Below the pieces are notes generated by a model. It made no database searches. It had not been told where the DNA came from and was given only the letters and a program-made list of their open reading frames with translations. From Candidatus Aminicenantes bacterium (lineage in GTDB: Bacteria > Acidobacteriota > Aminicenantia > Aminicenantales > Saccharicenantaceae): a stretch of DNA of 64,000 nucleotides. Where the stretch lies: positions 45,559 to 109,558 of the forward strand of contig CAWDTC010000021.1 in the NCBI GenBank assembly GCA_963805045.1. Direction: 5' to 3'. How positions within the stretch are numbered: the first letter of the stretch is position 1; each line of letters starts with the position of its first letter. Of this stretch, positions 19,900 through 35,948 are shown piece after piece. The translations under genes were made by a program, and so were the position numbers.

Positions 19900-21848
19900 A
19901 TGCCGGACAGCAAGCCGATCAGAGCGGGATACCGGGGGACATGGGCCTGGGTCGACCTCACCAACCGCACCGTCCGCCTGACGGAAGCCGACCCGGACCT
20001 CTGCCGGGACTATGTCGGCGGCCGGGGCCTCCAGGCCCGCCTTCTCTCCGACAAGCTCAAGCCGGGCGCTCCCCTCAAGGACCCGCTCGGCCCCGGCGAA
20101 CCGCATCGTCATCGGCAGCGCCGCCGCCAATGACACCGCCATCCCGACGGCCGGCCGCGGCTCCTGCTCCTTCTTCGGCACGATGACCCGCTCGCCCGAG
20201 CCCGCCGGCTGGGCGCCGGGCACGCAAGCCGCTCTACGGAATGGTCACGCATTCGAGCGCCGGCGGGCTCTTCCACAACATGCTCAAGCGGGCCGGCATC
20301 GACCAGCTCATCATCGACGGACGGGCCGACCGCGCGGTCCGGATCGAGGCCGTCGAGGGCGCCGTCCGCATCGTCGACGCGGAGGACTCCCTCTTCCAGA
20401 CGGTCGGAGGCCGGTCCGTCCCCCGGCCGGCCTCCGAGATCACGGACGAGCTCTCGCGCAAGCTCAAGGGCTCGTCGACCCTCTGCGTCGGCCCGGCCGG
20501 CTGGAACCTTGTCGATTACGCCTGCCTCACCGCGGATTACCACCGGAATTTCGGCCGCGGCGGCGCCGGCGCCGTTTTCGGCTCCAAGAATCTCGTCGCC
20601 GTCACGGCCGCGGGGAAGGACCCCGTTGCCTACGCCGACCCCGAGGGTTTCAAGAAGCTCGGCGCGGAGATCGACCGCATCGTCAAGGCCTCGGTCGACG
20701 ACCCGGCCCGGACGGCCTCGTTCCGGCCGACGACGGGAACGACCTGGTGGCTCGACCGGGCCTTCAACGGCCGCTACCTGGGCGTCAAGGGCGGTTACCT
20801 TCCCTGGCACAACTTCGACGAGGGCTCTTTCGACGCCGCCGACTACGCTCGCGTTTCGACGGACGCTTTCCTCGAGATCGCCGGCAAGCACAACGTCTGC
20901 AACAAGTGCCGGCACGTCTTCTGCACCCGCTCGGCCCGGGTCGAGTCCGGGCCCTACGCGGGCGAGGGCGTCCGCCCCGAGTTCGAGACGATCGCCCTCT
21001 GGATCAACTGCTGCATCCTCGACCGGGACGCCATCTTCCACATGAACTATCTCTGCAACGAGCTCGGCGTCGACACCATGACTTTCGGCAGCGTCATGGC
21101 CGGGGCCATGGAGATGTCGGAGAAGGGCCTCCTCGAAAAATACGGCAGCCGCCTGCGGTTCGGCGACGCGCCGGAGATGGTCCAGGCCCTGAAGGACATC
21201 GCCTACGCCGCGACCGACCTCGGGCGGCTCCTTGGGCATCACACCGACCGCGTCATCAGCGAGGCGGCGGGCCGCGCCGGCGCGGGTGCTGCCGGTGACC
21301 TCGCCTATTGCGCGACAACGGCCCGCGGCGGGCTCGGCTACGCCGGCATCAACCCCAAGTCCTTCCCCGGCATGTTCGCGGCCTACGGCACCTCCAACCG
21401 CGGCCGCGGCGACCACACCTACGCCTGGACGATCCAGGCCGAGGAGGGCGGGCTCAAGGACGCCCGCGACCTCGCCGCCTACGTGGCCGAGGGCCAGGCC
21501 GGCAAGGCCCTCGTCGATTCATTGGGCCTGTGCGACTTCTTCACCGGCGACGTCACCGCCGAGCCGTTCCTGTCCCTCTACCGCGCCCTCACCGGAATCG
21601 ATTACACCGCCGAGTCCCTGAAGGCGTGCGGCCGCCGCATCTACGCTCTCGAGCGGCGGATGAACAACACCCAGGGCCGCGACCGGGCCTACGACGCCTA
21701 CGTGCCGCCGAAGCTCAAGGTCCCGATGAGCCGCGGCGCCCATCAGGGCCGGGCGGTCGACGAATCCTTCTACAACTCCGTCCTCGACGCCTATTACGAC
21801 GCCTGGGGCTGGTCGCGCGACGGGCTCGTCCCGGCCGAAGAGGGCTGA
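19900..21848 (+). CDS. aor: Aldehyde:ferredoxin oxidoreductase family (tungstopterin) enzyme, with two frame breaks near 20095 and 20235
   Basis: Pieces 19900-20133 (WVDLTNRTV..YVGGRGL), part of 20012-21298, and 20241-21848 (FGRGGAGAVFGSKNL; GVDTMTFG; GLCDFF) are collinear. Confidence 0.8.
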
Positions 21849-21984
21849 AGGGGAATGGCCGGAACGTCATGTGCGGTTTAGCGCAAACCGCACTCTGGAG
21901 TGGAGGCCATCCCCGAGGTCCCTCGGGTTCCTAGGGCGGTGCCAAGGCCGTCCGGCAGGGAACGGAGTCTTCGTAGTGACCGGC

Positions 21985-22019
21985 AAAAGCGCGGCCGAGC
22001 GGCTCGAGGCCGCGCTTTT
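21985..22019 (+). terminator. Rho-independent (bidirectional-looking) terminator
   Basis: AAAAGCGCGGCC, a loop, then GGCCGCGCTTTT. A 12-bp perfect stem is flanked by A and T runs, 137 nt after the aor stop. Confidence 0.7.
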
Positions 22020-22282
22020 GGGAAATGTTCGGATAAAGAGGACCTGCCCGCTCTATCCGTATTCTTCTCAGAAGTACGGCTCTGAGTCACGCCGCCGTAC
22101 TTCTGATGGTCGCTCCTCAGAATCCGCTCCCAGCCAGAGGGGGACCCGGCGGGATTTACGACGGGGGAACCGGGACAGGTTCCCGGGGCCGGGGGATAAG
22201 GACGGCCTTGGCGCCGCCGGGGAACATCCGAAGAAAGAGGGCGTCGGTTGAATTCTCCCCTGAGTTCCCTTAGAATCGGGCC

Positions 22283-23546
<1,264 letters not shown>

Positions 23547-23554
23547 GAGGGACC

Positions 23555-23901
23555 ATGGACGACTGCCTCTTCTGCCGCATCGTGAAAAAGGAGATCCCGG
23601 CGAAGATCGTCTACGAGGACGAGAAGTTCGTCGCCTTCGAGGACATCCGGCCCCAGGCGCCGGTCCACGTCCTGCATCATCCCCAAGACAGCACTTCGCC
23701 TCGCTCAACGAGGCGCCCGAGGGGGCCGAGGCCCTGCTCGGCGAGGCCCTCCTGCGGGCCCGCGAGATCGCCCGGGCCAAGGGCGTCGGGACGAGCGGCT
23801 ACCGGATCGTCCTCAACACCGCCCGCGACTCCGGCCAGGAGGTCTTCCACATCCACTTCCACCTCCTCGGCGGCCGCCGGATGACCTGGCCGCCGGGCTG
23901 A
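23555..23901 (+). CDS. HIT family (histidine triad) protein, with one frame break near 23675
   Basis: [38 protein letters not shown], then after a shift [12 protein letters not shown] (HxHxH motif), with a stop at 23899-23901. Confidence 0.85.
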
Positions 23902-23928
23902 GCGGGGGCGCGGAGACCGCCGCGTCAC

Positions 23929-24406
23929 ATGGCCTACCTCATCGACGGGAACAACCTCCTCGGCCGCGTCGCGCCCGAGGAGCTGCGGCAGAGGTCCGGC
24001 CGCGATACCCTCGTCGTGCAAGCTCCTCGCCTTCCAGAGGGTCACGCACACGCGCATCCATCTCGTCTTCGACGGCAACCCCGAGCGGGAGCGGAGCGAG
24101 GTCCCCGTCAACCCGAAGTTCACCATCCTCTACCCCGGCGAGGGGCAGACGGCCGACGACGTCATCGAGGACGTCGTGCGGCGGCTGACCGACCGGAGGC
24201 GGTTCTTCGTCGTCAGCTCCGACCGCGCCGTCCGGGAGTTCGCCAAGGAGAACGGCGTCGCGGCCGTGACCTCGGAGGAGTTCGCGAAGGACCTCAAGGC
24301 GGCGCTCAAGGAGCGGAGAAAGCAGAAGGAGATGGAGAAGCACGTCAGGAACCCTTCCCCGCTCGAGGTCGACCTCTGGGACGAGGTCTTCAAGGCCAAG
24401 CCATGA
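23929..24406 (+). CDS. YacP-like NYN/PIN-domain protein (DUF901), with one frame break near 24020
   Basis: MAYLIDGNNLLG, then after a +1 shift IHLVFDGNPE..GQTADDVIEDVV..FFVVSSDRAVRE. Its stop overlaps the next ATG (ATGA). Confidence 0.7.
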
Positions 24407-25321
24407 ACACGTTCTCCGTCGTCGGCGCCGGGCGGCTGGGCACGTCGCTCGCGCCGGGCCCTGACCCGCAGGGGGTGGGGCCTCGAGGCCCTCGTCGACC
24501 GCGACCCGGCCGCGGCCCGGGAGGCGCGCCGCATCGTCGGCCGCGGGCACGCGGGCACGGACATCCGGCGGGCGGCGGCCCGCGGCGCCGGCGTCGTCTT
24601 CGTCTGCGTCCCCGACGACGCCGTGGAGACAGTCGCGCGGGCGCTCGCCCGGTCGGGCGCGGACTGGGCCGGCCGGACCGTCTTCCACACGAGCGGCCTG
24701 CTCCCGGCCGCCGCCCTGGAGCCGCTGCGACGCCGGGGCGCCCGCGTCGCCTCGCTCCATCCCGTCCAGTCGTTCCCGGTAAGGGCGGGCGGCCCGCGCC
24801 TCTTCCGCGGCATCGTCTGGGCCGTCGAGGGCGACGCCGAAGCCGTCCGGCTGGGCGCGAGGATCGCCCGCTCGCTCGGCGGCCGGGCCATCCGGCTGAG
24901 CGCGGACGCCAAGCCCCTCTACCACGCCGCGTGCTGTATCGCTTCGAACTTTCTCGTCGCCCTCGAAGCGGCCGCGGCGGGCCTGCTCCGCGATGCGGGC
25001 GTCGGCCGGGCCACGGCGGCCCGGGCCCTCTTCCCTCTCGTCCAAGGAACTTTACGGAACGTAAAGGAACTTGGCTGGGCGAAGGCCCTCACCGGGCCGG
25101 TGGCGCGGGGGGATGTCCGGACGGTCCGCCGCCATCTCGAGGCCCTGGCCGGCCGGCCGCTCGAGGACGGGATCTACCGGGCCTTGGCGCGGCAGGCCCT
25201 GGCGCTCGTCGAGCCGGGCCAGGTCCCGGCCGCGAACGTCAGAGCATTGAGGCGGTCGCTGGGAGGTAAACGACCTCCTCTTCGAGCCGCACGCCGGACG
25301 TCGCGAAGACCCGCTCCTTGA
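24403..25321 (+). CDS. Rossmann-like DUF2520-domain protein, with one frame break near 24455 and an uncertain 3' end
   Basis: MNTFSVVGAGRLGTSLA, then after a +1 shift ALTRRGWGLEALVDRD..VVFVCVPDDAV, joining ORF 24623-25321. The listed stop would overlap murB by 83 nt. Confidence 0.55.
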
Positions 25322-26178
25322 GCTCCCGGGCCAGGGCGAGGACGTCGCGCGCCCGGGCGTTCCCCGTGTTGATGAGGAAATTGCAGTGGCCCTCGTAGAC
25401 GGCCGCGCCGCCGACCCTCATGCCGCGCGCGCCCGCCTGCTCGAGGAGCCGCCCGGCGGCGACCCGCCGGCCGTCCGGCGAGCAGGGGTTCTTGAAGAAG
25501 CTCCCGGCGCAGGCCGTGCCCCAGGGGGGATGCTTGGCCCGCCGCTCGTCCATGTGCTCGCGGACCTTCGCCTCCGAGGCCTTGCGATCGCCGGGCTCGG
25601 CCCTGACGACGGCCCGCAGGACGAGGCCGTGGTCGCGCTGGAGGGAGGAGCGCCTGTAGCCGAAGGCCAGGTCCGCCGCGGTCCGCCGTTCCTCGCCGCC
25701 GTCCGGACGGAGGAGGACGGCCTCTTCGAGGACGTCGCCGATGCTCCGGCCGAAGGCACCGGCGTTGCTGAAGAGGGCCCCGCCCACGGTGCCCGGGATG
25801 CCGGCCAGGAACTCGAGCCCGGAGAGGCCGCCGGCCAGGGCCTGCTGAAGCAGCGACGAGAGCGCCGTGCCCGACGAGGCCGTGATGCGGCCCTCCGCGC
25901 GGGAGAGCTCCTCGACCTTGTTCCGCACGACGAGCCCCCGGTAGCCCTCGTCGTCGAAGAGGATATTGGTAGCCGCCGCCGATGACATAGAAGGGGAATC
26001 TCTCACGGACGGCGAGCCCGGCGGCCCTCTTGAGCTGGTCTTCCGTGCGGGCTTCGAAGAAAAGGTCGGCCGGGCCGCCGATCTTGAAGCTCGAGAACCG
26101 GTCGAGTGTCGCGCCCTCCGGGATGGGTGCGCCTACGGTCTCGGCGAGGAGGCTCCGGAACTTCTGGGTCGTCGTCAT
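25239..26178 (-). CDS. murB: UDP-N-acetylenolpyruvoylglucosamine reductase, with one frame break near 25980-26000
   Basis: The N-terminal piece starts MTTTQKF at 26178 (SFKIGGPADLFF). The C-terminal piece 25239-26006 has GIPGTVGGALFSNAGAFG and AGSFFKNP. Confidence 0.88.
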
Positions 26179-26324
26179 TTCCTGTATTATAGAGGAAGGC
26201 CGCCGGCGAAGTAAAACGGGGTGTCCACGGCAAAGGACGGACGGCAAAATATGCAGGGACAGTTTTCCCCGGGACGACGGTCCAGCCCAGGGTCTGAAGG
26301 GACGGTGTCCCCATTATTAGCTCT

Positions 26325-26340
26325 TGGCACGCGGATTGCT
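26325..26340 (+). promoter_or_regulatory. Sigma-54 (-24/-12) promoter
   Basis: TGGCACG-CGGA-TTGCT matches the TGGCAC-N5-TTGC consensus exactly. It lies about 85 nt upstream of the ATG at 26423. Confidence 0.6.
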
Positions 26341-26366
26341 ACTAAGAGAACGTGTGAGGCATGATA

Positions 26367-26395
26367 TTGACAATTCCCAAGATAGTCGTTATGAT
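26367..26395 (+). promoter_or_regulatory. Sigma-70-type promoter
   Basis: TTGACA, a 17-nt spacer, then TATGAT, ending 28 nt before the ATG at 26423. Confidence 0.5.
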
Positions 26396-26422
26396 TCAAC
26401 AAATTTTGGAGAGAGGTTGAGC

Positions 26423-31100
<4,678 letters not shown>

Positions 31101-31250
31101 GAGGAGCCCTTCAATCCGAGACCGATAGACAGACTATAGTCAAAACGCGGCGAAATATCAACCCGACGCGCCGCCGGGAGGCGCCGCGAGTTTAGTCCGC
31201 GGGGGGCGGGCCGGATTGAAAACGTCTCCCGTTTATGGTAGTTGTGGGGC

Positions 31251-32108
31251 ATGAAGGTCGCCCTGGCGCAGATCGCTCCCGTCCTCGGGGACGTCGAGCG
31301 GAACCTCGAGACCCACCTGGAGCTCATGGACAAGGCCCGCCGGGCCAAGGTCGACCTCCTCGTCTTCCCCGAGCTGAGCCTGACCGGCTACACCCTCAAG
31401 GACCTGGCCGGGGACGTCGCCCTCGACCCCGCCTCCGACCGCCGCTTCCGCCGGATCGTCGACCGGAGCCGCGGCCTGTCGGTCGTCCTCGGCTTCATGG
31501 AGGAGAGCCCCGCGGCCCGGGGCCTGTTCTACAACGCCGCCGCCTTCGTCTCCGGCGGAAAGCTCCTCCATGTCCACCGCAAGGTCTTCCTGCCGACGAA
31601 CGGGCTGTTCGAGGAGGCCAAGTTCTTCGCCCAGGGCCGCGATTTCCGCGTCTTCCCGACCCCCTTCGGCCGCGTCGGCCTGCTCATCTGCCGGGATTTC
31701 CTTCACTACGGCGCGAGCTACGTCCTGTATTCGGGCGGCGCCGACATGATCATCACCATCTCGGCCGCGCCCGGCCGCGGCGTCGCCGGGGCCGACGACG
31801 GCTTCGAAACGAGCCGGATGTGGGAGCTCATGGGCGAGGCCGTGTCCTATTTCTCGACGGCCTTCGTCCTCTACGCGAACCGGGTCGGCTTCGAGGACGG
31901 CGTGTCGTTCGCCGGCGGCTCGTTCATCTACGGTCCGTCCGGCCGCCTCCTGGCCCGGGCGGCCTATCTCGACCCCGACTTCCTCGTCCACCGCGTGGAC
32001 CTCACGGCCGTCCGCGAGGCCCGGACGCGCTGGCTCTTCCGGCGCGACGAGAGGCCCGAGGTCATCCTCCGCTCGCTCGAGAGGGTCGTCCGTGCCGTTG
32101 ACGATTAA
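31251..32108 (+). CDS. Carbon-nitrogen hydrolase (nitrilase superfamily), probably the glutaminase part of NAD synthetase
   Basis: MKVALAQIAP.., FPELSLTGY (catalytic Glu), HRKVFLP (Lys), LICRDF (Cys). It overlaps the nadE reading frame by 17 nt in a +1 relationship. Confidence 0.8.
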   Translation: MKVALAQIAPVLGDVERNLETHLELMDKARRAKVDLLVFPELSLTGYTLKDLAGDVALDPASDRRFRRIVDRSRGLSVVLGFMEESPAARGLFYNAAAFVSGGKLLHVHRKVFLPTNGLFEEAKFFAQGRDFRVFPTPFGRVGLLICRDFLHYGASYVLYSGGADMIITISAAPGRGVAGADDGFETSRMWELMGEAVSYFSTAFVLYANRVGFEDGVSFAGGSFIYGPSGRLLARAAYLDPDFLVHRVDLTAVREARTRWLFRRDERPEVILRSLERVVRAVDD

Positions 32109-32914
32109 CCCCGTCTTCACGGAGAAGGTCCTCGTCCGCTTCATCCGCGAAGAGCTCGGCAAGCACGGCTTCCGAAAGGCGGTCCTGGGCCTTTCCGGCG
32201 GGCTCGATTCCTCGGTCTGCGCCGCCCTCGCCGTCCGGGCCCTCGGAGCCGCGCAACGTCCTCGGGCTGATCATGCCCTACGGCGACTCCTTCCCCGCCG
32301 ACGTCCGGGACGCCGAGAAGGTCGCCCGCAAGTTCGGCTTCCGGACGCGGACGGTCGACATCGCGCCGCAGGTCGACGCTTACTTCGCCGCCCACCCGAC
32401 CCGCAACCGCGTGCTCCGCGGCAACAAGATGGCCCGCGAGCGGATGTCCATCCTCTACGACTGGTCGGCCCGCGAGAAGGCCCTCATCCTGGGCACGAGC
32501 AACAAGACGGAGCTGCTCATCGGCTACGGCACGGTCCACGGCGACATGGCCTGCGCCGTCAACCCCATGGGCGATCTTTACAAGACCCAGGTCCGGGAGC
32601 TCGCCCGCCACCTCGGCCTGCCGGCCTGCGTCGTCCGGACAAGGCCCCCACGGCCGGCCTGTGGTCCGGCCAGACCGACGAGGCGGAGATCGGGATGACC
32701 TACGGCGAGCTCGACCGCATCCTCGAGAGCCTCGTCGAGGGCCGGCGGACGGTCGCGGAGACGATCCGGGCGGGCTTCGCGCCGGCCAAGGTCCGGCGCG
32801 TCGCGGCCCTCGTCCGGGGCTCGGAGTTCAAGAGGAAGATGCCGCCGATCGCCAAGATCTCCTCCCGCTCCGTCGGGCCACGATTTCCTCTATCCCTACG
32901 ACTGGGGCAAGTAG
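32092..32914 (+). CDS. nadE: NAD+ synthetase (ATP-pyrophosphatase domain), with at least 3 frame breaks; possibly the C-terminal half of a fused glutamine-dependent enzyme
   Basis: LGLSGGLDSS P-loop, GTSNKTELLIGYGTVHGD, TAGLWSGQTDEAEIGMTYGELD, and a tail HDFLYPYDWGK with a stop at 32912-32914. Confidence 0.85.
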
Positions 32915-32917
32915 GCC

Positions 32918-33621
32918 GTGAGCGGATCGGGCGCCGGGACGGCGCCGAAAGGTCGCCTGTTCATCGTCGCGACGCCCATCGGCAACCTCGAAGACATCAC
33001 CCTCCGCGCCCTCCGCGTCCTCGGCGAAGTCGACGGCCATCGCCTGCGAGGACACCCGCCAGACGGTCAAGCTCCTCAACCGGTACGGGCTGAAGAAGCG
33101 GCTCATCAGCTATTTCCATCCGCGCGAGGGCCGGAAGGTCCCGGAGATCATCGGCCTGCTCGAGGCGGGCAGGACGTCGCCCTCGTCTCGGACGCCGGGA
33201 CGCCGGGCATCTCCGACCCGGGATTCCCGCTCATCCGCGAGGCGCTCAGGGAAGGGCATCCCGGTCGTGCCGCTCCCCGGGCCTTCGGCCGTGGCGGCGG
33301 CCCTCTCCGCCGCGGGCCTGCCGACCCACCGCTTCCTCTTCGCCGGCTTTCCGCCGCCGAAAAAGGAGGGCGCTGCGCAAGCTCCTCGCCTCGCTCGGCG
33401 AGGAAGAGGCGACGCTCGTTTTCTATCTCCCGACCCGGCGGGTCCGGGAATTCCTGGAGGCCGTCCGTTCGGTCTTGGGCGAGAGGCGGGTCGTCATCGC
33501 CCGGGAGCTGACGAAGGTCCATGAGGAGTTCATGCGCGGCATGGTCGGGGAGCTCTTGGAAGGGCTAGGGGACCGTGTGCTCAAGGGGGAGGCGACGGTC
33601 CTGGTCGAGGGGAAGACCTAA
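32918..33621 (+). CDS. rsmI: 16S rRNA (cytidine1402-2'-O)-methyltransferase, with at least 4 frame breaks
   Basis: GRLFIVATPIGNLEDITLRALRVL, AIACEDTRQT in a shifted frame, VSDAGTPGISDPG, LPGPSAVAAAL, and ARELTKVHEE. Confidence 0.85.
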
Positions 33622-33664
33622 GATGTCTGGTCAGCCATTGGAACGATATTTTTTTCTCCATTAC

Positions 33665-33693
33665 TTGACAAATATGTGCTCATATATTATATT
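33665..33693 (+). promoter_or_regulatory. Near-consensus sigma-70-type promoter of hsp20
   Basis: TTGACA, a 17-nt spacer, then TATATT inside a locally AT-rich gap. AAGGAGG lies 6 nt before the ATG at 33727. Confidence 0.55.
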
Positions 33694-33726
33694 GATGTTA
33701 CGCTAAGATAATAAAAGGAGGTCATT

Positions 33727-34200
33727 ATGGCTATCATCAAATGGGATCCCTACAGGGATATCGTCACGCTCAGGGACAGGATGAACCGCCTCTTTGAGGA
33801 CATGCCCACGCTCCGCGGCGAGGAGAAGGACCTAGCCGCCAGCGCCTGGGCGCCGGCCGTCGACATCTACGAAACGGAGAACGAGGTCGTCCTGACGGCC
33901 GAGATCCCCGGGGTCGACGAGAAGGACATCGAGATCAAGGTCGAGGACGACACCCTGACCATTCGGGGCGAGCGGAAGTTCGAGAAGGAGACGAAAGAAG
34001 AGAACTTCCATCGCATCGAGCGCGCGTACGGGTCGTTCTTCAGGTCGTTCGCCCTGCCCTCGTACGTCGACCACGACAAGATCGAGGCCGAGCACGAGAA
34101 CGGCGTCCTGCAGATCCGGATGCCGAAGAAGGCGGAGCTCAAGCCGCGGAAGGTCAAGATCGTGAAGCCGGCCGCGCCGGCCGAAAAGCCGAAGAAGTAA
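33727..34200 (+). CDS. Hsp20/alpha-crystallin small heat-shock protein
   Basis: Intact 157 aa. WDPYRD.., the alpha-crystallin core VDIYETENEVVLTAEIPGV, and AEHENGVLQIRMPK. Confidence 0.92.
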   Translation: MAIIKWDPYRDIVTLRDRMNRLFEDMPTLRGEEKDLAASAWAPAVDIYETENEVVLTAEIPGVDEKDIEIKVEDDTLTIRGERKFEKETKEENFHRIERAYGSFFRSFALPSYVDHDKIEAEHENGVLQIRMPKKAELKPRKVKIVKPAAPAEKPKK

Positions 34201-34224
34201 GGGCCCCGGCGCCGACTCGAGAAA

Positions 34225-34259
34225 GGCGGTCCCCCGGCCAGGGGGGCCGCCTTTTTTTT
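34225..34259 (+). terminator. Bidirectional rho-independent terminator between hsp20 and comF
   Basis: GGCGGTCCCCC...GGGGGGCCGCC hairpin followed by T8, with AAA on the other side. Confidence 0.7.
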
Positions 34260-35001
34260 AGGCCTGGGCCAGCGTCAGGGCGCGGACCTCTCTCGCCCCC
34301 GCCCGCTTCAAGACCAGGCCGCACTCGCCGAGCGTCGAGCCGGTCGTGAACACGTCGTCGACAAGGACGAGGACCCGGCCCTCGACGCGCGCCCGCCGCC
34401 TGACCCTGTAGGCCCCGCGAGCATTGGCCTCCCGGCCGGCCGCCTCGAGCGAGGCCTGCGGCGGGACGTTGCGGACCTTGACCAGCGCGTTGTCGACGAC
34501 CGCAAGCCCCCGGATCCGGGCCAGCTCGCGGGCCAGCACCTGCGACTGGTTGAAGCCTCGCTCCCGCTTTCTTTTCGCGTGGAGCGGCACCGGAACGAGG
34601 CCGTCCGCTCCCATCCAAAGCCCCTCCTCCGCCTCGAGCGCCGCCGCGGCGAAGCGCGCCAGGGGACGGCCCAGGGCCGAGACGCGGCCGTACTTGAAGA
34701 GGAGGATGAGGTCCCTGAGGACGCCGTCGTACCGGCCGCAGGACCTGTGGACCGTGTACGGCGGGACGCGCTCGAGGCAGCGCCCGCAGAGGTGGTCCCC
34801 ACCGGCGCCCTCGAAGAACCGGCCGCAGCACAGGCAAGCCGGACCCCGGCGGGGGGCCAGGGCCTCCCAGCACTCCCGGCAGACGACTTTCTCCCCGGGC
34901 CGGCCGAGCGGGCGGGAGCAGAGGCGGCAGAACGAAGGGAAGACGAGGAGTTCGACATGGCGGGCCAGGGACGCGGCCCGGGCCCGCAGCCCGGCCCTCA
35001 T
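34258..35001 (-). CDS. comF: ComF-family phosphoribosyltransferase-domain protein
   Basis: Start at 35001 (ATGA overlap with the upstream stop). N-terminal Cys-rich zinc-ribbon region (CRLC..CREC..CLCCG..CGRC). PRTase motif VLVLVDDVFTTGST. Confidence 0.8.
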   Translation of the reverse strand: MRAGLRARAASLARHVELLVFPSFCRLCSRPLGRPGEKVVCRECWEALAPRRGPACLCCGRFFEGAGGDHLCGRCLERVPPYTVHRSCGRYDGVLRDLILLFKYGRVSALGRPLARFAAAALEAEEGLWMGADGLVPVPLHAKRKRERGFNQSQVLARELARIRGLAVVDNALVKVRNVPPQASLEAAGREANARGAYRVRRRARVEGRVLVLVDDVFTTGSTLGECGLVLKRAGAREVRALTLAQA

Positions 35002-35357
35002 TGGCCTCTCAATTCCTCCTCGGCCTTCTCTTGGCAGTTGATGCAATACGGCGTCCAGGGGATGGCCTCGATCCTCTTGCGGCCGATCTCCTGGCGGCAG
35101 AGCTGGCAGACGCCGAATTCGTCGCGGTCGAGGCGCCGGATGGCCTCGTCGATGAGGAGGAGCTGCTCGCGGTCCGCGTCCGACAGGCTCAGAAGGAATT
35201 CCTTCGTGTATGACGTCTCCGCCTTGTCCACGACATCCTGGGCGACGTTGGCCTCCATTTCCTTGCTCTCCGTGGTCAGCTCGTTGAGCTTCCGGAGGAT
35301 CGTCTCCTTCTTGTCGAGGAGCTTCTTCCGGAACTCCTCCCTTTCCTTCTTGTTCAT
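34998..35357 (-). CDS. DksA/TraR-family C4 zinc-finger protein
   Basis: MNKKEREEFRKKLL.. coiled coil, then CQLCRQEI..CINCQ. Confidence 0.75.
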   Translation of the reverse strand: MNKKEREEFRKKLLDKKETILRKLNELTTESKEMEANVAQDVVDKAETSYTKEFLLSLSDADREQLLLIDEAIRRLDRDEFGVCQLCRQEIGRKRIEAIPWTPYCINCQEKAEEELRGQ

Positions 35358-35380
35358 TTTCTTTCCCACTGTCCACTCCC

Positions 35381-35848
35381 TCACTTCGCGTAATGTCGGC
35401 CCCGGATGATCGTCAGGGCCCGGTAGACCTGCTCGAGCAGCACGACGCGGCACAGCTCGTGGGAGAAGGTCAGCCGCGACAGCGACAGCCGCAGGTCGGC
35501 CCTCTCCGCGATCCTCTCGGCCAGGCCGAGGAATCCGCCGACGACGAACACGGGCGGGCGCGCCGTGTCCTCGGCCCGGGCCCGGAGGAACCGGGCGAAT
35601 TCGCCGGACGCCATTTCCTTCCCATCGTCAAGAAGGCAGATACTATAAACACCTTCGAGGTGTTTTTCAAGGCCCCGCGCCTCCGTTTCCATGACCTTGT
35701 CCGGCGACCTCTCGCCGAGCCCCCGGGCCTCGCGTGTCTCGACGATCTCGATCTGGGCCATGGTCCTGATCCGGCCGGCATAGAAGTCCAGGAGCCCGCG
35801 CATCTCGGGGCTCTTGGTCTTTCCCGGCCAGAGGAATTTCAGGCGCAT
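35381..35848 (-). CDS. rlmH: 23S rRNA (pseudouridine1915-N3)-methyltransferase
   Basis: Intact 155 aa. SPOUT fold with FVVGGFLGL, SLSRLTFSHEL and IIRGRHYAK. Confidence 0.88.
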   Translation of the reverse strand: MRLKFLWPGKTKSPEMRGLLDFYAGRIRTMAQIEIVETREARGLGERSPDKVMETEARGLEKHLEGVYSICLLDDGKEMASGEFARFLRARAEDTARPPVFVVGGFLGLAERIAERADLRLSLSRLTFSHELCRVVLLEQVYRALTIIRGRHYAK

Positions 35849-35909
35849 CGCCGAAAATGCCCATAAACAATAATGATTCGACGGCGCGTTGTCAACTGGA
35901 AAAGCGCGG

Positions 35910-35947
35910 AAAAAGAGGGGGCACGTACCTGCGGTACATGTCCCCTC
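35910..35947 (-). terminator. Rho-independent terminator immediately after rsfS
   Basis: Minus strand reads GAGGGGACATGTACC-GCA-GGTACGTGCCCCCTC followed by TTTTT. Confidence 0.65.
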
Positions 35948-35948
35948 T

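Noticed and set aside
21849-22282. Identity of the structured gap as RNase P RNA, tmRNA, SRP RNA or 6S RNA.
   Set aside because: It lacks the GGAAAGTCCGGGC-type RNase P core, the tmRNA tRNA-like ends and tag ORF, and the SRP GGAAGCAGC domain IV motif (GTCCGGCAGGGAACGG is only a loose look-alike). 6S RNA cannot be judged by eye.
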